Shown: in pieces, positions 37,913-48,255 of the stretch
Numbering within the stretch: position 1 is the stretch's first letter
How the letters are laid out: the number at the start of each line of letters is the position of its first letter
Origin: Prevotella sp.
Lineage (GTDB): Bacteria > Bacteroidota > Bacteroidia > Bacteroidales > Bacteroidaceae
NCBI GenBank assembly: GCA_017650905.1
Contig: JAGCDZ010000102.1
Span: forward strand, 9,629 to 73,628
DNA: 64,000 nucleotides
Direction of reading: 5' to 3'
The notes under the pieces: model-generated
Databases searched by the model: none
What the model saw: the letters and a program-made list of their open reading frames with translations, nothing else
What the model was told of the DNA's origin: nothing
Made by a program: the position numbers and the translations under genes

Positions 37913-40363
37913 ATGAAGAAATACGTTATTTTTTTAGTTATGTTGTTGTCTGCTACGATGACATTTGCTCAGGGAATGAGTGATGCTCAAGTGCTTGATT
38001 TTATGATGTCGCGTCATAGGGCAGGTGCCAATCAGAGCCAGATTGTAACAGGTTTGATGCAACGGGGAGTGAAAATCGACCAGATTCGTCGCATGCGTGA
38101 TGTTTATCAGAACCAAAAGACAGACGAAGGACGCCTTCGCTCGGCAGCTGAAGATCGTGACAATACGCGTCTCAATGCCAATAATGATGGTACAGAGTTC
38201 CAGGATTTGAACACAGCCCAGGTGAATACTACTGGTGAGATTCTGGTTGATGCTGATGAAGAGATTGATGATGCCGAACTCGACGTACAATCTGAATCAC
38301 GTATTGCCGGTGATATCAATGGTAAGCGGATTTTCGGTCATGATATTTTCCGTCGTTCAGGCTTGACATTCGAACCTAATAACAATATCCCTACTCCCCA
38401 GGACTATGTGCTGGGTCCTGGTGATGTGCTGGTAGTAGATATTTATGGTGCTTCTCAGAAAGCAATGTCGCTTACTGTCTCTCCAGAAGGTACAATACGT
38501 GTTCCCGATGTAGGACCTGTTTCTGTGAGCGGTCTCACAATGGCTGCTGCCCAGTCCCGCTTACGTGCTACTTTGGGTAGTCGTTATCAGAGTAGTAGCT
38601 TGAAGTTGTCTGTATCGCAGCATCGCACCATCATGATTAATGTTATGGGTGCCGTCGCACGTCCAGGAACCTATCATCTCAGTTCGTTTGCTACAGTGTT
38701 TTATGCCCTTTATCGTGCAGGTGGTATCAGTCAGTTGGGAACCTTGCGTAATATTAAGGTTATCCGTGGCGGCAGGGTCATTTCTCATGTGGATATGTAC
38801 GACTTTATCCTGACGGGAAAGATGACCGGAAATGTTCGGCTTCATGATGATGATGTCATTCAGGTTGATCCTTATGAGAATGTAGTTGGTATCTCTGGTA
38901 ATGTTAAACGCCCGATGTTCTATGAAATGAAAACTGGCGAGAGTGTTGCCACGTTGTTGAAATATGCAGGCGGTTTCACAAGTGGGGCTCATAAAAGTTC
39001 AATTCGTCTACAGCGTCAATCGGGCGAGCGATATGAAGTTCATAATATTGGTGAGTTTGATTTCTCGACTTTCAAGTTGGAAGATGGTGACGTGTTGACG
39101 GTCGATGGCATGATCAACCGTTACGAAAATATGGTTGAGATCAAGGGTGCAGTCTTCCGTCCGGGACAGTTCCAGTTGGGTGGACGGGTGACTACTGTTA
39201 GAGGTTTGATTGAGGCTGCTGAAGGCCTTACTGAGGATGCCTTTACCACGCATGCCGTTCTGCATCGTCTCAAGGCCGACCGCTCCTTGGAAGTGGTGCC
39301 AGTCGATGTAAAGGGTATCATGGATGGCACCGTGGCCGATGTTCCTTTGCAGAATGAGGATGTGTTGTTTATCATGACGCAGGAAGACTTGCGCCAGGAG
39401 CGTACGCTGACCATCACGGGTATGGTGATGAGTCCCGGAACCTATCAGTTTGCCGATAATATGACCATCGAAGACCTGATTGTGATGGCAGGTGGTCTGA
39501 GAGACCAGGCCTCATTGGCCAAGGTCGATGTCTCGCGCCGTATTCTCGATCCGCATTCTACTGCAAAATCACGTGAAATTGCCAAGAGTTTCACTTTCGA
39601 TATCAAGGATGGTCTGGTCATCAACAACGACCGCCATTTCTTGTTAGAACCCTACGATGTAGTACATGTCCGCAGAAGTCCTGCCTTCCATACGGCTCGT
39701 AACATCACGGTTACTGGTGAGGTTAACTACGAAGGTGATTTCACATTGGAGAACAAACGTGTACGTCTGAGTGATGCAGTGAAGATGGCAGGAGGTATCA
39801 CCGAGGATGCTTATTTACGTGGGGCTCGTTTGACGCGTGTTCTCAACGATGAGGAACGTGTCCGCCAGCAGGCGACTCTCAATGCCATTCGCGACTTGTT
39901 GACTGATCCAAACGACTCCATCTCCTGGCGTAAGATGGATCTGGCCAACAACTATCCCGTGGGTATTGATCTCGAGGCTGCCGTCAATAATCCCGGCTCT
40001 GCTGCAGATATCTTGTTGAGGGAAGGCGATCGGATTTATATTCCAGAGTACAACCCCATAGTCAAGATTTCTGGTGATGTTATGTTCCCCAATACTGTGT
40101 TCTATACAGACGGGATGGGATACAAGAAATATGTTCGTCAGGCAGGAGGCTTCGGCCAACGTGCCAAAAAGTCTAAGACTTTCATTGTCTATCAGAACGG
40201 TCAGGTTGGAATCGCCAAGAAGGGTGCTAAACCCGAGCCTGGTTGTGAGATTATCGTTCCTTCAAAGAAACGTCGTGATCCCGTCAATATAGCTGGTCTC
40301 GTGTCCATGGGAACCAGTCTGACCTCTCTCGCAGCTATGATCATTGCCCTCACTAAACTCTAA
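37913..40363 (+). CDS. Polysaccharide export protein with multiple SLBB domains (Wza/KpsD-like)
   Basis: Signal peptide; DYVLGPGD Poly_export motif; repeated G.V..PG...AGG SLBB units. Confidence 0.92.
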   Translation: MKKYVIFLVMLLSATMTFAQGMSDAQVLDFMMSRHRAGANQSQIVTGLMQRGVKIDQIRRMRDVYQNQKTDEGRLRSAAEDRDNTRLNANNDGTEFQDLNTAQVNTTGEILVDADEEIDDAELDVQSESRIAGDINGKRIFGHDIFRRSGLTFEPNNNIPTPQDYVLGPGDVLVVDIYGASQKAMSLTVSPEGTIRVPDVGPVSVSGLTMAAAQSRLRATLGSRYQSSSLKLSVSQHRTIMINVMGAVARPGTYHLSSFATVFYALYRAGGISQLGTLRNIKVIRGGRVISHVDMYDFILTGKMTGNVRLHDDDVIQVDPYENVVGISGNVKRPMFYEMKTGESVATLLKYAGGFTSGAHKSSIRLQRQSGERYEVHNIGEFDFSTFKLEDGDVLTVDGMINRYENMVEIKGAVFRPGQFQLGGRVTTVRGLIEAAEGLTEDAFTTHAVLHRLKADRSLEVVPVDVKGIMDGTVADVPLQNEDVLFIMTQEDLRQERTLTITGMVMSPGTYQFADNMTIEDLIVMAGGLRDQASLAKVDVSRRILDPHSTAKSREIAKSFTFDIKDGLVINNDRHFLLEPYDVVHVRRSPAFHTARNITVTGEVNYEGDFTLENKRVRLSDAVKMAGGITEDAYLRGARLTRVLNDEERVRQQATLNAIRDLLTDPNDSISWRKMDLANNYPVGIDLEAAVNNPGSAADILLREGDRIYIPEYNPIVKISGDVMFPNTVFYTDGMGYKKYVRQAGGFGQRAKKSKTFIVYQNGQVGIAKKGAKPEPGCEIIVPSKKRRDPVNIAGLVSMGTSLTSLAAMIIALTKL

Positions 40364-40368
40364 ACATT

Positions 40369-41472
40369 ATGAACGAAGAATTGGAAAAGAAGAAGTCGGT
40401 AGATGAGACTCCTCTCGATTTTGAGAAACTATTTAAGGATCTCCTAAAACACAGGACTCTCTACTATAAAGTTTTACCTATCACCTTTATAGTTTCAGCA
40501 ATTATAATGTTGAGCATTCCGAACTATTATAAGTGTGAAGTCATGTTGGCGCCTGAACTTTCCCGATCCACCAATAGCAGTTCCTTGCTATCTTTGGCAT
40601 ACAGCTTTGGTGTGAGGATGGGTTCTGGAGCTTCTAGCGGCGAGGCATTGTTCCCGACGCTTTATCCCGACCTTATGAACAACGTTGACTTCAAGGTCTC
40701 GCTGTTCCAGGTGCCTGTTACTATTGAGGGTAATAAGAAAGAGGGTATCCCTGACCGCACAATGTCATATTATAACTATTTAAAGGATGAGCAGAAGGGT
40801 ACTTGGTGGAACGCAGCCATCAATGGCACGTTAAAATGGCTGTATAGCTTGATATGGGAAGCACAGCCTCAGGATTCAACAGTGAATCCTTTTCGCTTGA
40901 CCAAGGTTCAGGCGAACATAGTGAAAGCGATTGATAAAAGAGTTGTTTGCGATGTTGATCAGAATACACTTGTCATCACGATAACAGTAACTGATCAGAA
41001 TCCGTTGATCTGTGCCACGATGGCAGATACGGTGAAGACGCGCTTGCAGAACTTCATCACTGATTATCGTACCAGTAAGGCACGGGTTGATCTGGAGTAT
41101 AACAAAAAACTCTATCAGGAATCGAAAGCCCGCTATGATAAAGCCCGACAGAAATATGCTGAATTTGTGGATGGTAATCAGGATCTGATCCTGCAGACCG
41201 TGCGTCAGCGTCAGACCGATTTGGAGAACGAGATGCAATTGCAATACAATACATACACAACGGTGGCTGCACAATTACAGGCTGCCGAGGCCAGGGTTCA
41301 GGAAGAGAGACCTGCGTTTACTACCCTCCAGTCTGCCACCGTTCCTCTCAAGAGGTCTGGTCCTGCTCGTACCAAGTGGTGCCTCATATATCTCTTCCTC
41401 GCCTTCCTCGCCACTACGACTTATATCTTTTATAAAGAGGATGACCTCAAGCCATTGCTCGGACTGAGTTAA
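40369..41472 (+). CDS. Wzz-type chain-length determinant
   Basis: N- and C-terminal TM helices, coiled coil, ATVP...SGP motif. Confidence 0.88.
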   Translation: MNEELEKKKSVDETPLDFEKLFKDLLKHRTLYYKVLPITFIVSAIIMLSIPNYYKCEVMLAPELSRSTNSSSLLSLAYSFGVRMGSGASSGEALFPTLYPDLMNNVDFKVSLFQVPVTIEGNKKEGIPDRTMSYYNYLKDEQKGTWWNAAINGTLKWLYSLIWEAQPQDSTVNPFRLTKVQANIVKAIDKRVVCDVDQNTLVITITVTDQNPLICATMADTVKTRLQNFITDYRTSKARVDLEYNKKLYQESKARYDKARQKYAEFVDGNQDLILQTVRQRQTDLENEMQLQYNTYTTVAAQLQAAEARVQEERPAFTTLQSATVPLKRSGPARTKWCLIYLFLAFLATTTYIFYKEDDLKPLLGLS

Positions 41473-41485
41473 AAAACGTGAATTC

Positions 41486-41517
41486 TTTGGTCTTTTGGAA
41501 AAGACTTCTTATCTTTG
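41486..41517 (+). promoter_or_regulatory. Internal promoter for the pilin-like gene (TTTG 41486-41489; TATCTTTG 41510-41517)
   Basis: Consensus boxes with a 20-bp spacer. Confidence 0.6.
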
Positions 41518-41569
41518 CCCCGTCAAAGTGACACAGTTAACAAGAAGTCTTACTATCAAAGACCAAAAA

Positions 41570-42487
41570 ATGAAAAAGTTAAATTTTAATTTTGCAGCCC
41601 TTTGTGGCTCAGCCCTTTTGTTGGGCACAATGGTATCCCTCAGCAGCTGTTCCGACGCTGAGGAAGTGTTAAACCCCTTAAACCTGTCAACTGGCCCTTC
41701 TGCCCCAGTCAGTGTGTATGTTAGTGATTTCTCCATCTCCACGGAAGATTTCGCCGATTCACATACACGAGCTGTTGAAAATCCCGCAGATTATTCTGAG
41801 GTCGTGGCTCTCACGTTGGCCTTCTACTCTGGCACTACCGAGGTCTACTCGGCTACACAAATGAAGGACACAGCTGATAGTTTTGGTGAATTTAGTCTCA
41901 CACTGCCTTTGGGCAGTTACACGATGGTAGTCATTGCCCGTGATAGTCTTGCGGGCGATACTTTTACACTCACTAGTCCTGCAGAAGCAGGATTTACAAG
42001 TGAGAAGGTACGTGAGACTTTTAGTGCTACGCAGGCAGTATCAATTACAAGCACTGCAGCACAGGATCTGTCAATTACGCTCAATCGTGTTGTGACCAAT
42101 CTTTTAATCGAGTCTTCAGATGCACGTATTGAAGGCGTTTCCAAGATTAGGACAACGTATGGCGCTGGTAGCAAGAGCTTTAGTCCATCAACAGGTTTGG
42201 CAGTAGGTAATAATGGTTTTGCAATGACTAATTCACCGAAAGCGGCAGTAGGAGCATCTGCACGTGTCAGTAGTTTTGCTTTCCTGGCTACCGATGAGCA
42301 GACGATGGACATCACCATCGAGGTTTTGGATGCCAGTGATCAAGTGCTTTTCACCAAGGTGGTGAACGACGTACCTTTCAAGCGTAATCGCAAAACGCTC
42401 CTTCGTGGTCCTCTTTTTACAGCTGGTGCTACCAGTACCTTCACTATTGAAACCGCCTGGCTCGACGACCTCATGGTCACTTTCTAA
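41570..42487 (+). CDS. Lipoprotein, FimB/Mfa2 (type V pilin)-like
   Basis: Lipobox LSSC, TRA processing motif, LP.GSYT..VIA, L.RVV, VPFKRNRKT.L.G, terminal W...F strand. Confidence 0.7.
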   Translation: MKKLNFNFAALCGSALLLGTMVSLSSCSDAEEVLNPLNLSTGPSAPVSVYVSDFSISTEDFADSHTRAVENPADYSEVVALTLAFYSGTTEVYSATQMKDTADSFGEFSLTLPLGSYTMVVIARDSLAGDTFTLTSPAEAGFTSEKVRETFSATQAVSITSTAAQDLSITLNRVVTNLLIESSDARIEGVSKIRTTYGAGSKSFSPSTGLAVGNNGFAMTNSPKAAVGASARVSSFAFLATDEQTMDITIEVLDASDQVLFTKVVNDVPFKRNRKTLLRGPLFTAGATSTFTIETAWLDDLMVTF

Positions 42488-42489
42488 AA

Positions 42490-42528
42490 GTTTTGGGGGG
42501 ACGGCGAATTATCTCCGTCCCTTTAAAC
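42490..42528 (+). terminator. Intrinsic terminator-like hairpin inside the polysaccharide locus
   Basis: GGGACGG/CCGTCCC stem followed by TTT and a T-rich tract. Confidence 0.55.
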
Positions 42529-42565
42529 ATCTTACTTTATCACTCTTTTTCCTTCCTGATTTTTG

Positions 42566-44107
42566 ATGAGCAAGAATTCCGAAAATAATAAGCGCATCGC
42601 CAAGAATACTCTGATGTTATATTTCAGAATGTTCATCACCACGATTGTTGGGTTGTATACCAGTAGGGTAGTGTTGAATACGCTTGGCGTAACAGATTTT
42701 GGTATTTATAACGTTGTGGGTGGTATCATTACAATGGCATCATTCTTTAATTCTGCAATGGTGGCTGCATCTCAGCGCTTTCTTTCGTTTGAGCTCGGTA
42801 GAAATGATTATGATAGATTGAAAAGGGTGTTCTGTACAACGATAAATATACATGCAACGATATGCTTGGTCGCATTAGTTCTTGCCGAGACCATTGGATT
42901 GTGGTTTGTCAATGCGAAACTCGTGATTCCTGAGGATCGTATGATTGCAGCCAATTGGGTTTATCAGGCGTCTATATTGACATTTATAATTAAAGTAATG
43001 AGTGTACCATATAATTCGGCTATTGTTGCTCATGAAAAGATGTCGGCTTTTGCATATATCAGTATACTCGATGTTGTTTTACAACTGCTGATTGTTTACC
43101 TGCTCGTAGTGTTTCCGTTTGACAAGTTGATTGTTTACAGCATTCTTATGGTATGTGTCGTGTCGCTGATCCGTGTGTGCTATACTATTTATTGCAAACG
43201 TCACTTTTCTGAGTGTACCTACCATTTTTTCTTCGACAAGCCATTGTTTTTTGAGATATTCTCATTTGCAGGATGGAGCATCATCGGCAATTTGGGCTTT
43301 TCATTTAAGAATCAGTTATCCAATATTATTCTCAATCTGTTTTTCGGTCCATCGGTAAATGCCGCAAGGGGTGTGGCCATGCAGGTCTCTTCGCACGTGA
43401 AAACCTTTGCCCACAGTTTCACGATGGCCTTAAATCCCCAGATTACCAAGCAATATGCAGCTGGCAACTTGGAAGTAAGCCGTATATTAGTATATGCTGG
43501 TAGCCGATACACTTTCTATCTTCTGACACTGATTTCTATACCGGTTATCATAAATATCAACTATATCTTGAAACTTTGGCTTGGTGTCGTTCCGGAATTT
43601 ACAGCTCAATTTGTCATATTCACCATTCTGACATCGCTGCTTTATGCGTTGTCAGAATGTGTAACAAAAGCCATCCAGGCTACAGGTCGTATTAAATGGT
43701 TCCAGATAGGCGTTAGTATTATCATGCTCAGTGAACTACCAATAGCATGGGTGTTGCTTGAAATGGGATACCCTCCTTATGCTGCAATGTGGCCATCCCT
43801 GCTTACCTATTCCGTGGCTTTATTTTTTCGTTTCTGGCTGATTAACCGATATGTCGAGGGTTACCGTTTCATGGAGTATTTCATTCATGTGGTGCTACGC
43901 TGCATCGTTGTGTTTGTATTGTCCTACGGATTGAGCCATGTGATGTCTATGTCTCTCCATCCCACATTTTTAGGATTTATAGAGTCAACTATTCTATGTG
44001 TGATTGTCTCAACGGTAGTTATCATACTGTTAGGCATGGAAAAAGGGGAAAGAAACTTTGTTATAAATAAAGTGAGATCTATTGTTAATAAAAGGCTTCA
44101 TTCATAG
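42566..44107 (+). CDS. Wzx-type oligosaccharide flippase (MOP superfamily)
   Basis: NNKRIAKNTL.LYFRM, LG..DFGIY, multiple TM helices. Confidence 0.9.
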   Translation: MSKNSENNKRIAKNTLMLYFRMFITTIVGLYTSRVVLNTLGVTDFGIYNVVGGIITMASFFNSAMVAASQRFLSFELGRNDYDRLKRVFCTTINIHATICLVALVLAETIGLWFVNAKLVIPEDRMIAANWVYQASILTFIIKVMSVPYNSAIVAHEKMSAFAYISILDVVLQLLIVYLLVVFPFDKLIVYSILMVCVVSLIRVCYTIYCKRHFSECTYHFFFDKPLFFEIFSFAGWSIIGNLGFSFKNQLSNIILNLFFGPSVNAARGVAMQVSSHVKTFAHSFTMALNPQITKQYAAGNLEVSRILVYAGSRYTFYLLTLISIPVIININYILKLWLGVVPEFTAQFVIFTILTSLLYALSECVTKAIQATGRIKWFQIGVSIIMLSELPIAWVLLEMGYPPYAAMWPSLLTYSVALFFRFWLINRYVEGYRFMEYFIHVVLRCIVVFVLSYGLSHVMSMSLHPTFLGFIESTILCVIVSTVVIILLGMEKGERNFVINKVRSIVNKRLHS

Positions 44108-44117
44108 TAGTTCTGTC

Positions 44118-45161
44118 ATGAGTTCAAATAACACAATTGTTAGGCAGAGCAATTTTGAGCTGCTAAGATTGGTGTCGATGTTTTTCATCGTGCTTTACCA
44201 TCTGCTTCGTTTCTTCGTTGTTCAGATGGATGATGCTATCATCTACAAGGCTATGTATCTGCCTTTGCATGTGGCTGTTATATGTTTTGTTCTTATTTCA
44301 GGTTATTTTCATATCAAGCCTTCTTTTAGAGGGGCTGTGAAATTACTTGCTCCATTGGTTATCTTCTATCTCCCCTTAACTTTGTGGGAATACTACCATG
44401 GCGTGGGTGGGGTAAAAACACTTTTAATATTCTCTAAATCTCCATATTGGTTCATACGTGCCTATTTCTACCTGTTTTTGATTTCACCGATGTTGAATTG
44501 TTACCTAACTAACAATAAGCGGCGGTTACAGATGTTGTTGGTTTTGGGATTCATTGCAGTCTATATGGGTTGTGTGCATGAACCATCATTAAAGGATGGT
44601 AAGAATATGGCTCTATTTATGTTTGTCTATGTTTTAGGAGACTGTTTAAATGCATTCAAATCAAAATATGAAAGATGGAGCCTGACATGGATAATTCTTG
44701 CCTACCTTATCATAAACGTACTGGAGGTTGTTTGTTATGTATCTTTCCATCACTCTCTATTAGGAAAGGTTGTTTGGGTGATTGGCTACCCGTATTGCTC
44801 TCCATTATTGATAATGAATGCGGTGCTGTTGTTTGTGATATTCAGTAAGTTCAATTTCCGGTCAAAGGTCGTGAATTGGCTCAGTTTATCTGTATTCTCA
44901 GTTTATGTTTTACACCATCAGCATTTCATCCTCTATTCATTGATAGGTCCTTGTGTTCTTTATATCTACACGGTTTCACATGACCCATTGATTCTTATGA
45001 CTCTTTTGGGCGGTCTTACTATACTTATCATGTTTGTATGTATGGTAATCGACAAATTGTGTTCTCCTCTATGGCATTTCCTTTCTGATAATGCCAATAA
45101 GTTAGAGTCTCGAATCAGATGTCGTTTGAATCAAACCCCAAATCAAAGTAGTTTAGAATGA
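44118..45161 (+). CDS. Acyltransferase-3 family membrane O-acyltransferase
   Basis: RQSNFELLRLVSM...H, FVLISGYF, YWF, VY.LH. Confidence 0.88.
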   Translation: MSSNNTIVRQSNFELLRLVSMFFIVLYHLLRFFVVQMDDAIIYKAMYLPLHVAVICFVLISGYFHIKPSFRGAVKLLAPLVIFYLPLTLWEYYHGVGGVKTLLIFSKSPYWFIRAYFYLFLISPMLNCYLTNNKRRLQMLLVLGFIAVYMGCVHEPSLKDGKNMALFMFVYVLGDCLNAFKSKYERWSLTWIILAYLIINVLEVVCYVSFHHSLLGKVVWVIGYPYCSPLLIMNAVLLFVIFSKFNFRSKVVNWLSLSVFSVYVLHHQHFILYSLIGPCVLYIYTVSHDPLILMTLLGGLTILIMFVCMVIDKLCSPLWHFLSDNANKLESRIRCRLNQTPNQSSLE

Positions 45162-46339
45162 TTTATTTTGTTGTCATTTTATTACTTTTGTTTCTTTCTT
45201 TCCGTTATGATATTAACGAAAAGACATATGGCCGTAACCATTGGTATATGGCGGTTTTGATTTTGTTTATACTGATAAGTGGACTCCGATATCGTGTTGG
45301 TATTGATACGGTTGGTTATATCAGGTCTTACTATTATAGCACTCCAACTGTTTTTAGTTTTTTCTCCGCTGGGTATACTATAGGTGATAAACCTTTGTGG
45401 AAACTACTGAATTCAATCTGCTATACGTTTGGTGCGAGGTTTTATATCGTGCAATTAATCACAGCTGCATTTTGCAATGTTTTGGTTTTTAAATATATCA
45501 AGAAGCATAGCGACTATATTTTTACATGTCTGTTTTTTTATTTCATCTATTTGTATCCAGCTTATAATTTCGAAACAATGAAGGCTTTTTATGCTATTGT
45601 TTTGAGTTTGTATGGAAATGATTGTTTTTTGGAAAAGAAATGGATTAAAGGTTATTCCTTTTATATCATAGCAGCCTTGTTTCACACTTCTACAATCGCT
45701 CTTTTCATTGTTCCATTGCTACTCTTCTTACGTATGAATCGGATAGGATTATTCATATTATTACTCGCATTTGTGGCTGGATATATTCTTCAGAAGAATC
45801 TGGGCGATTATTTCGTGCTTTTAGATTTTATAGATGACGAATCGATTTCTGATAAACTGGAAGATTATGCAGAATCAGATAGATATGGAACGGGACGTGG
45901 ATTGTTATATATTGTAGGTAAGTTACTCCCCTTGCTTTTGTTTTCTTTCATATCCTTCAAGAAGGTGCAAAAGAATAATGGCTCGTCTCGGTTATTGGAA
46001 CTGGAACCATTCCTGATGATGGGTATGCTATTTGTTGTACTCATGTCAAATATCTATATTTTTTATAGATTCACTCAGTTCTTTGGAATATATTTCGTTA
46101 TCTTTTTCGCGCAATTGTTTGTCGACTTATGCAAAAGCAGGAAATTTAGCAAAGGTGTTAGTTATGCCCGGGCATTTTTGCTTTTTTCACCATTATTATT
46201 TGCTATTCTCATCCGATATAGAGTATCATATGTAAAGTATGTTCCATATTCTTCTGTGATTGAAAAAAATATAAGTAAGGAAAGAGAAAAACTCTTTGAT
46301 AATAGAGAGAATGGTACTGTACGATTAGATCAATATTAG
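45158..46339 (+). CDS. EpsG-family Wzy polymerase
   Basis: GLRYRVGIDT..Y, A..FHTS, multi-TM. Confidence 0.85.
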   Translation: MIYFVVILLLLFLSFRYDINEKTYGRNHWYMAVLILFILISGLRYRVGIDTVGYIRSYYYSTPTVFSFFSAGYTIGDKPLWKLLNSICYTFGARFYIVQLITAAFCNVLVFKYIKKHSDYIFTCLFFYFIYLYPAYNFETMKAFYAIVLSLYGNDCFLEKKWIKGYSFYIIAALFHTSTIALFIVPLLLFLRMNRIGLFILLLAFVAGYILQKNLGDYFVLLDFIDDESISDKLEDYAESDRYGTGRGLLYIVGKLLPLLLFSFISFKKVQKNNGSSRLLELEPFLMMGMLFVVLMSNIYIFYRFTQFFGIYFVIFFAQLFVDLCKSRKFSKGVSYARAFLLFSPLLFAILIRYRVSYVKYVPYSSVIEKNISKEREKLFDNRENGTVRLDQY

Positions 46340-46358
46340 TCCTCTAAGTTATTAATAG

Positions 46359-47294
46359 ATGAAACCCATGATAAATTATTCTTTTGTCATTCCCCACCAC
46401 AATACTCCGGATTTATTACAGCGCCTCATTGATTCTATACCTCAACGTGAGGATATAGAAATAATAGTTGTGGATGACAATAGTGATGAAGGTAAAAAAG
46501 CCTCAGTTTGTCGCTCGGATGTTAAAACGATATTTATCGACAAAGATCATACCCGTGGTGCTGGAAAAGCTCGAAATGTCGGTATGGATGCAGCAACAGG
46601 TAAGTGGTTGTTGTTTGCAGACTCTGATGATTTCTATAATCCTGGATTTATTGAAGTCTTGGATGAGTATAAGAATGATGATATCGACATTCTCTTTTTT
46701 AACATAGATTCTGTTGATACGCTGACTTTAAAGCCAGATGGTTTTAATCGTGCATGGTATCAACAGATGTGTGTTGAGAAATACGACGGATCGGCAGATA
46801 GTAAAAACCGTATGTTATACTTCCGATATGCACCATGGTGTAAAATGTTAAATCATGAATTTGTCAGGCATTATGGTTTCAGATATGAGGAGATTTCTGT
46901 TTTTAATGACTCCTTTTTTGCACTTCAGACAAGCCATTTTGCCAAGAAATGGAAAGTCGATACACGGAAATTATATACAGTCACTTTCCGTATAGGTAGT
47001 ATAACATTCAGCCGTGTATCTAAGCAAAAGATCGCAGATAGCATGGTTACATACAGACGTAGGGCAAAATTATATGAGTATATAGGTCACCCGGAATGGA
47101 ATGTAAAATGTTATAAAGGGAAATATTATCAGTCGTGTTGGAAGTATATGTATAAGTTGGCAATAATACGTCATTTACCAATGTCAGCTCTTCGGGCCTT
47201 TTTTTATTATGTGACTCATAGACAGGAAATTAGAAATAAATCAAATTACTATGTTGAAGTGTTTGAAGCATTGAAACAAAAGGATTTAGTATAG
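46359..47294 (+). CDS. GT2 glycosyltransferase
   Basis: SFVIP, IIVVDD.S, GAGKARN.G, LFADSDD. Confidence 0.92.
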   Translation: MKPMINYSFVIPHHNTPDLLQRLIDSIPQREDIEIIVVDDNSDEGKKASVCRSDVKTIFIDKDHTRGAGKARNVGMDAATGKWLLFADSDDFYNPGFIEVLDEYKNDDIDILFFNIDSVDTLTLKPDGFNRAWYQQMCVEKYDGSADSKNRMLYFRYAPWCKMLNHEFVRHYGFRYEEISVFNDSFFALQTSHFAKKWKVDTRKLYTVTFRIGSITFSRVSKQKIADSMVTYRRRAKLYEYIGHPEWNVKCYKGKYYQSCWKYMYKLAIIRHLPMSALRAFFYYVTHRQEIRNKSNYYVEVFEALKQKDLV

Positions 47295-47336
47295 TATAGT
47301 AAATAGGTTTACGAAAATACAAATAAAAGATAGATT

Positions 47337-48221
47337 ATGCAAGAAACAAGAGATTTTTTGAAGCATATTGGTTTGCCTGAGGGAGACCTCTATGCATTAC
47401 CGACATCGGAGAAAAGATTTGAAGATGGTGGACAGTATCGTTTTGAAGTGCCTGGTATTCAGGGACCTGGTCCGATGAAGGCCCTGTTGGAGGCTTTGGA
47501 CAACTATGGCATTCAAATTCATCGTGTCACTCAGACACAGGGTATCATGCGACTGCTTGACTCTGAGATTGAGCAGATGCTGGAGTATGCGCGTCAGTGG
47601 AACGTGGAACTGTTGCTGGCAACAGGTCCGCGTGCTACCATCGATACGAGTGCTTCGGTGAATACGCCTGAAGGTGTGCGTATGGGTTACCGTCTGAGAG
47701 GTCAGGAACAGATTGTACGTGCAGTGGAGGATATCCGAAGGGCTGCCAAGATTGGTGTACGTTCATTCATGGTTTATGACGAAGGCCAGTTGTGGCTGAT
47801 GAATAAGATGCGTCAGGAGGGTTTCCTGCCGAAGGATGTCAAGTTCAAGGTGAGCGCGCATACAGGCCATGGTAATCCTTGTTCTGCAAAGATGCTGCAG
47901 GAGATCGGTGCCAACTCGTTCAACCCCGTGCGTGATATTCAGTTGCAGATGCTTTCTGCCATTCGTGCAGCCATAGATATCCCCATTGATATCCATACGG
48001 AGAACCCGAAGTCTACGGGTGGTTTCATCCGTCATTATGAGGTTCCGGAGTTTATCCGGGTGGCAGCGCCCATTTATCTGAAGACAGGCGGCAGTGTTGC
48101 TGCAACACACAGCTGGGATACAACAGAGGCTGATGCTAAGAAACGTGCAAAGCAGGTGGCTTTGGTTAAGAGAGTGATTGATGAGTATTATCCAGATGCA
48201 GTGGTGTCACCGAAGAAATAG
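47337..48221 (+). CDS. Peptidase U32-like TIM-barrel protein of unknown function
   Basis: LPTS.KRF.DG..YR.E, GPRA..D, G.RS..V.DEG, KVS...G..NP pattern recalled from the U32-like group; only one Cys. Confidence 0.55.
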   Translation: MQETRDFLKHIGLPEGDLYALPTSEKRFEDGGQYRFEVPGIQGPGPMKALLEALDNYGIQIHRVTQTQGIMRLLDSEIEQMLEYARQWNVELLLATGPRATIDTSASVNTPEGVRMGYRLRGQEQIVRAVEDIRRAAKIGVRSFMVYDEGQLWLMNKMRQEGFLPKDVKFKVSAHTGHGNPCSAKMLQEIGANSFNPVRDIQLQMLSAIRAAIDIPIDIHTENPKSTGGFIRHYEVPEFIRVAAPIYLKTGGSVAATHSWDTTEADAKKRAKQVALVKRVIDEYYPDAVVSPKK

Positions 48222-48255
48222 ATGATTAACTCACAAAGATAGAACAGATTTTAAA

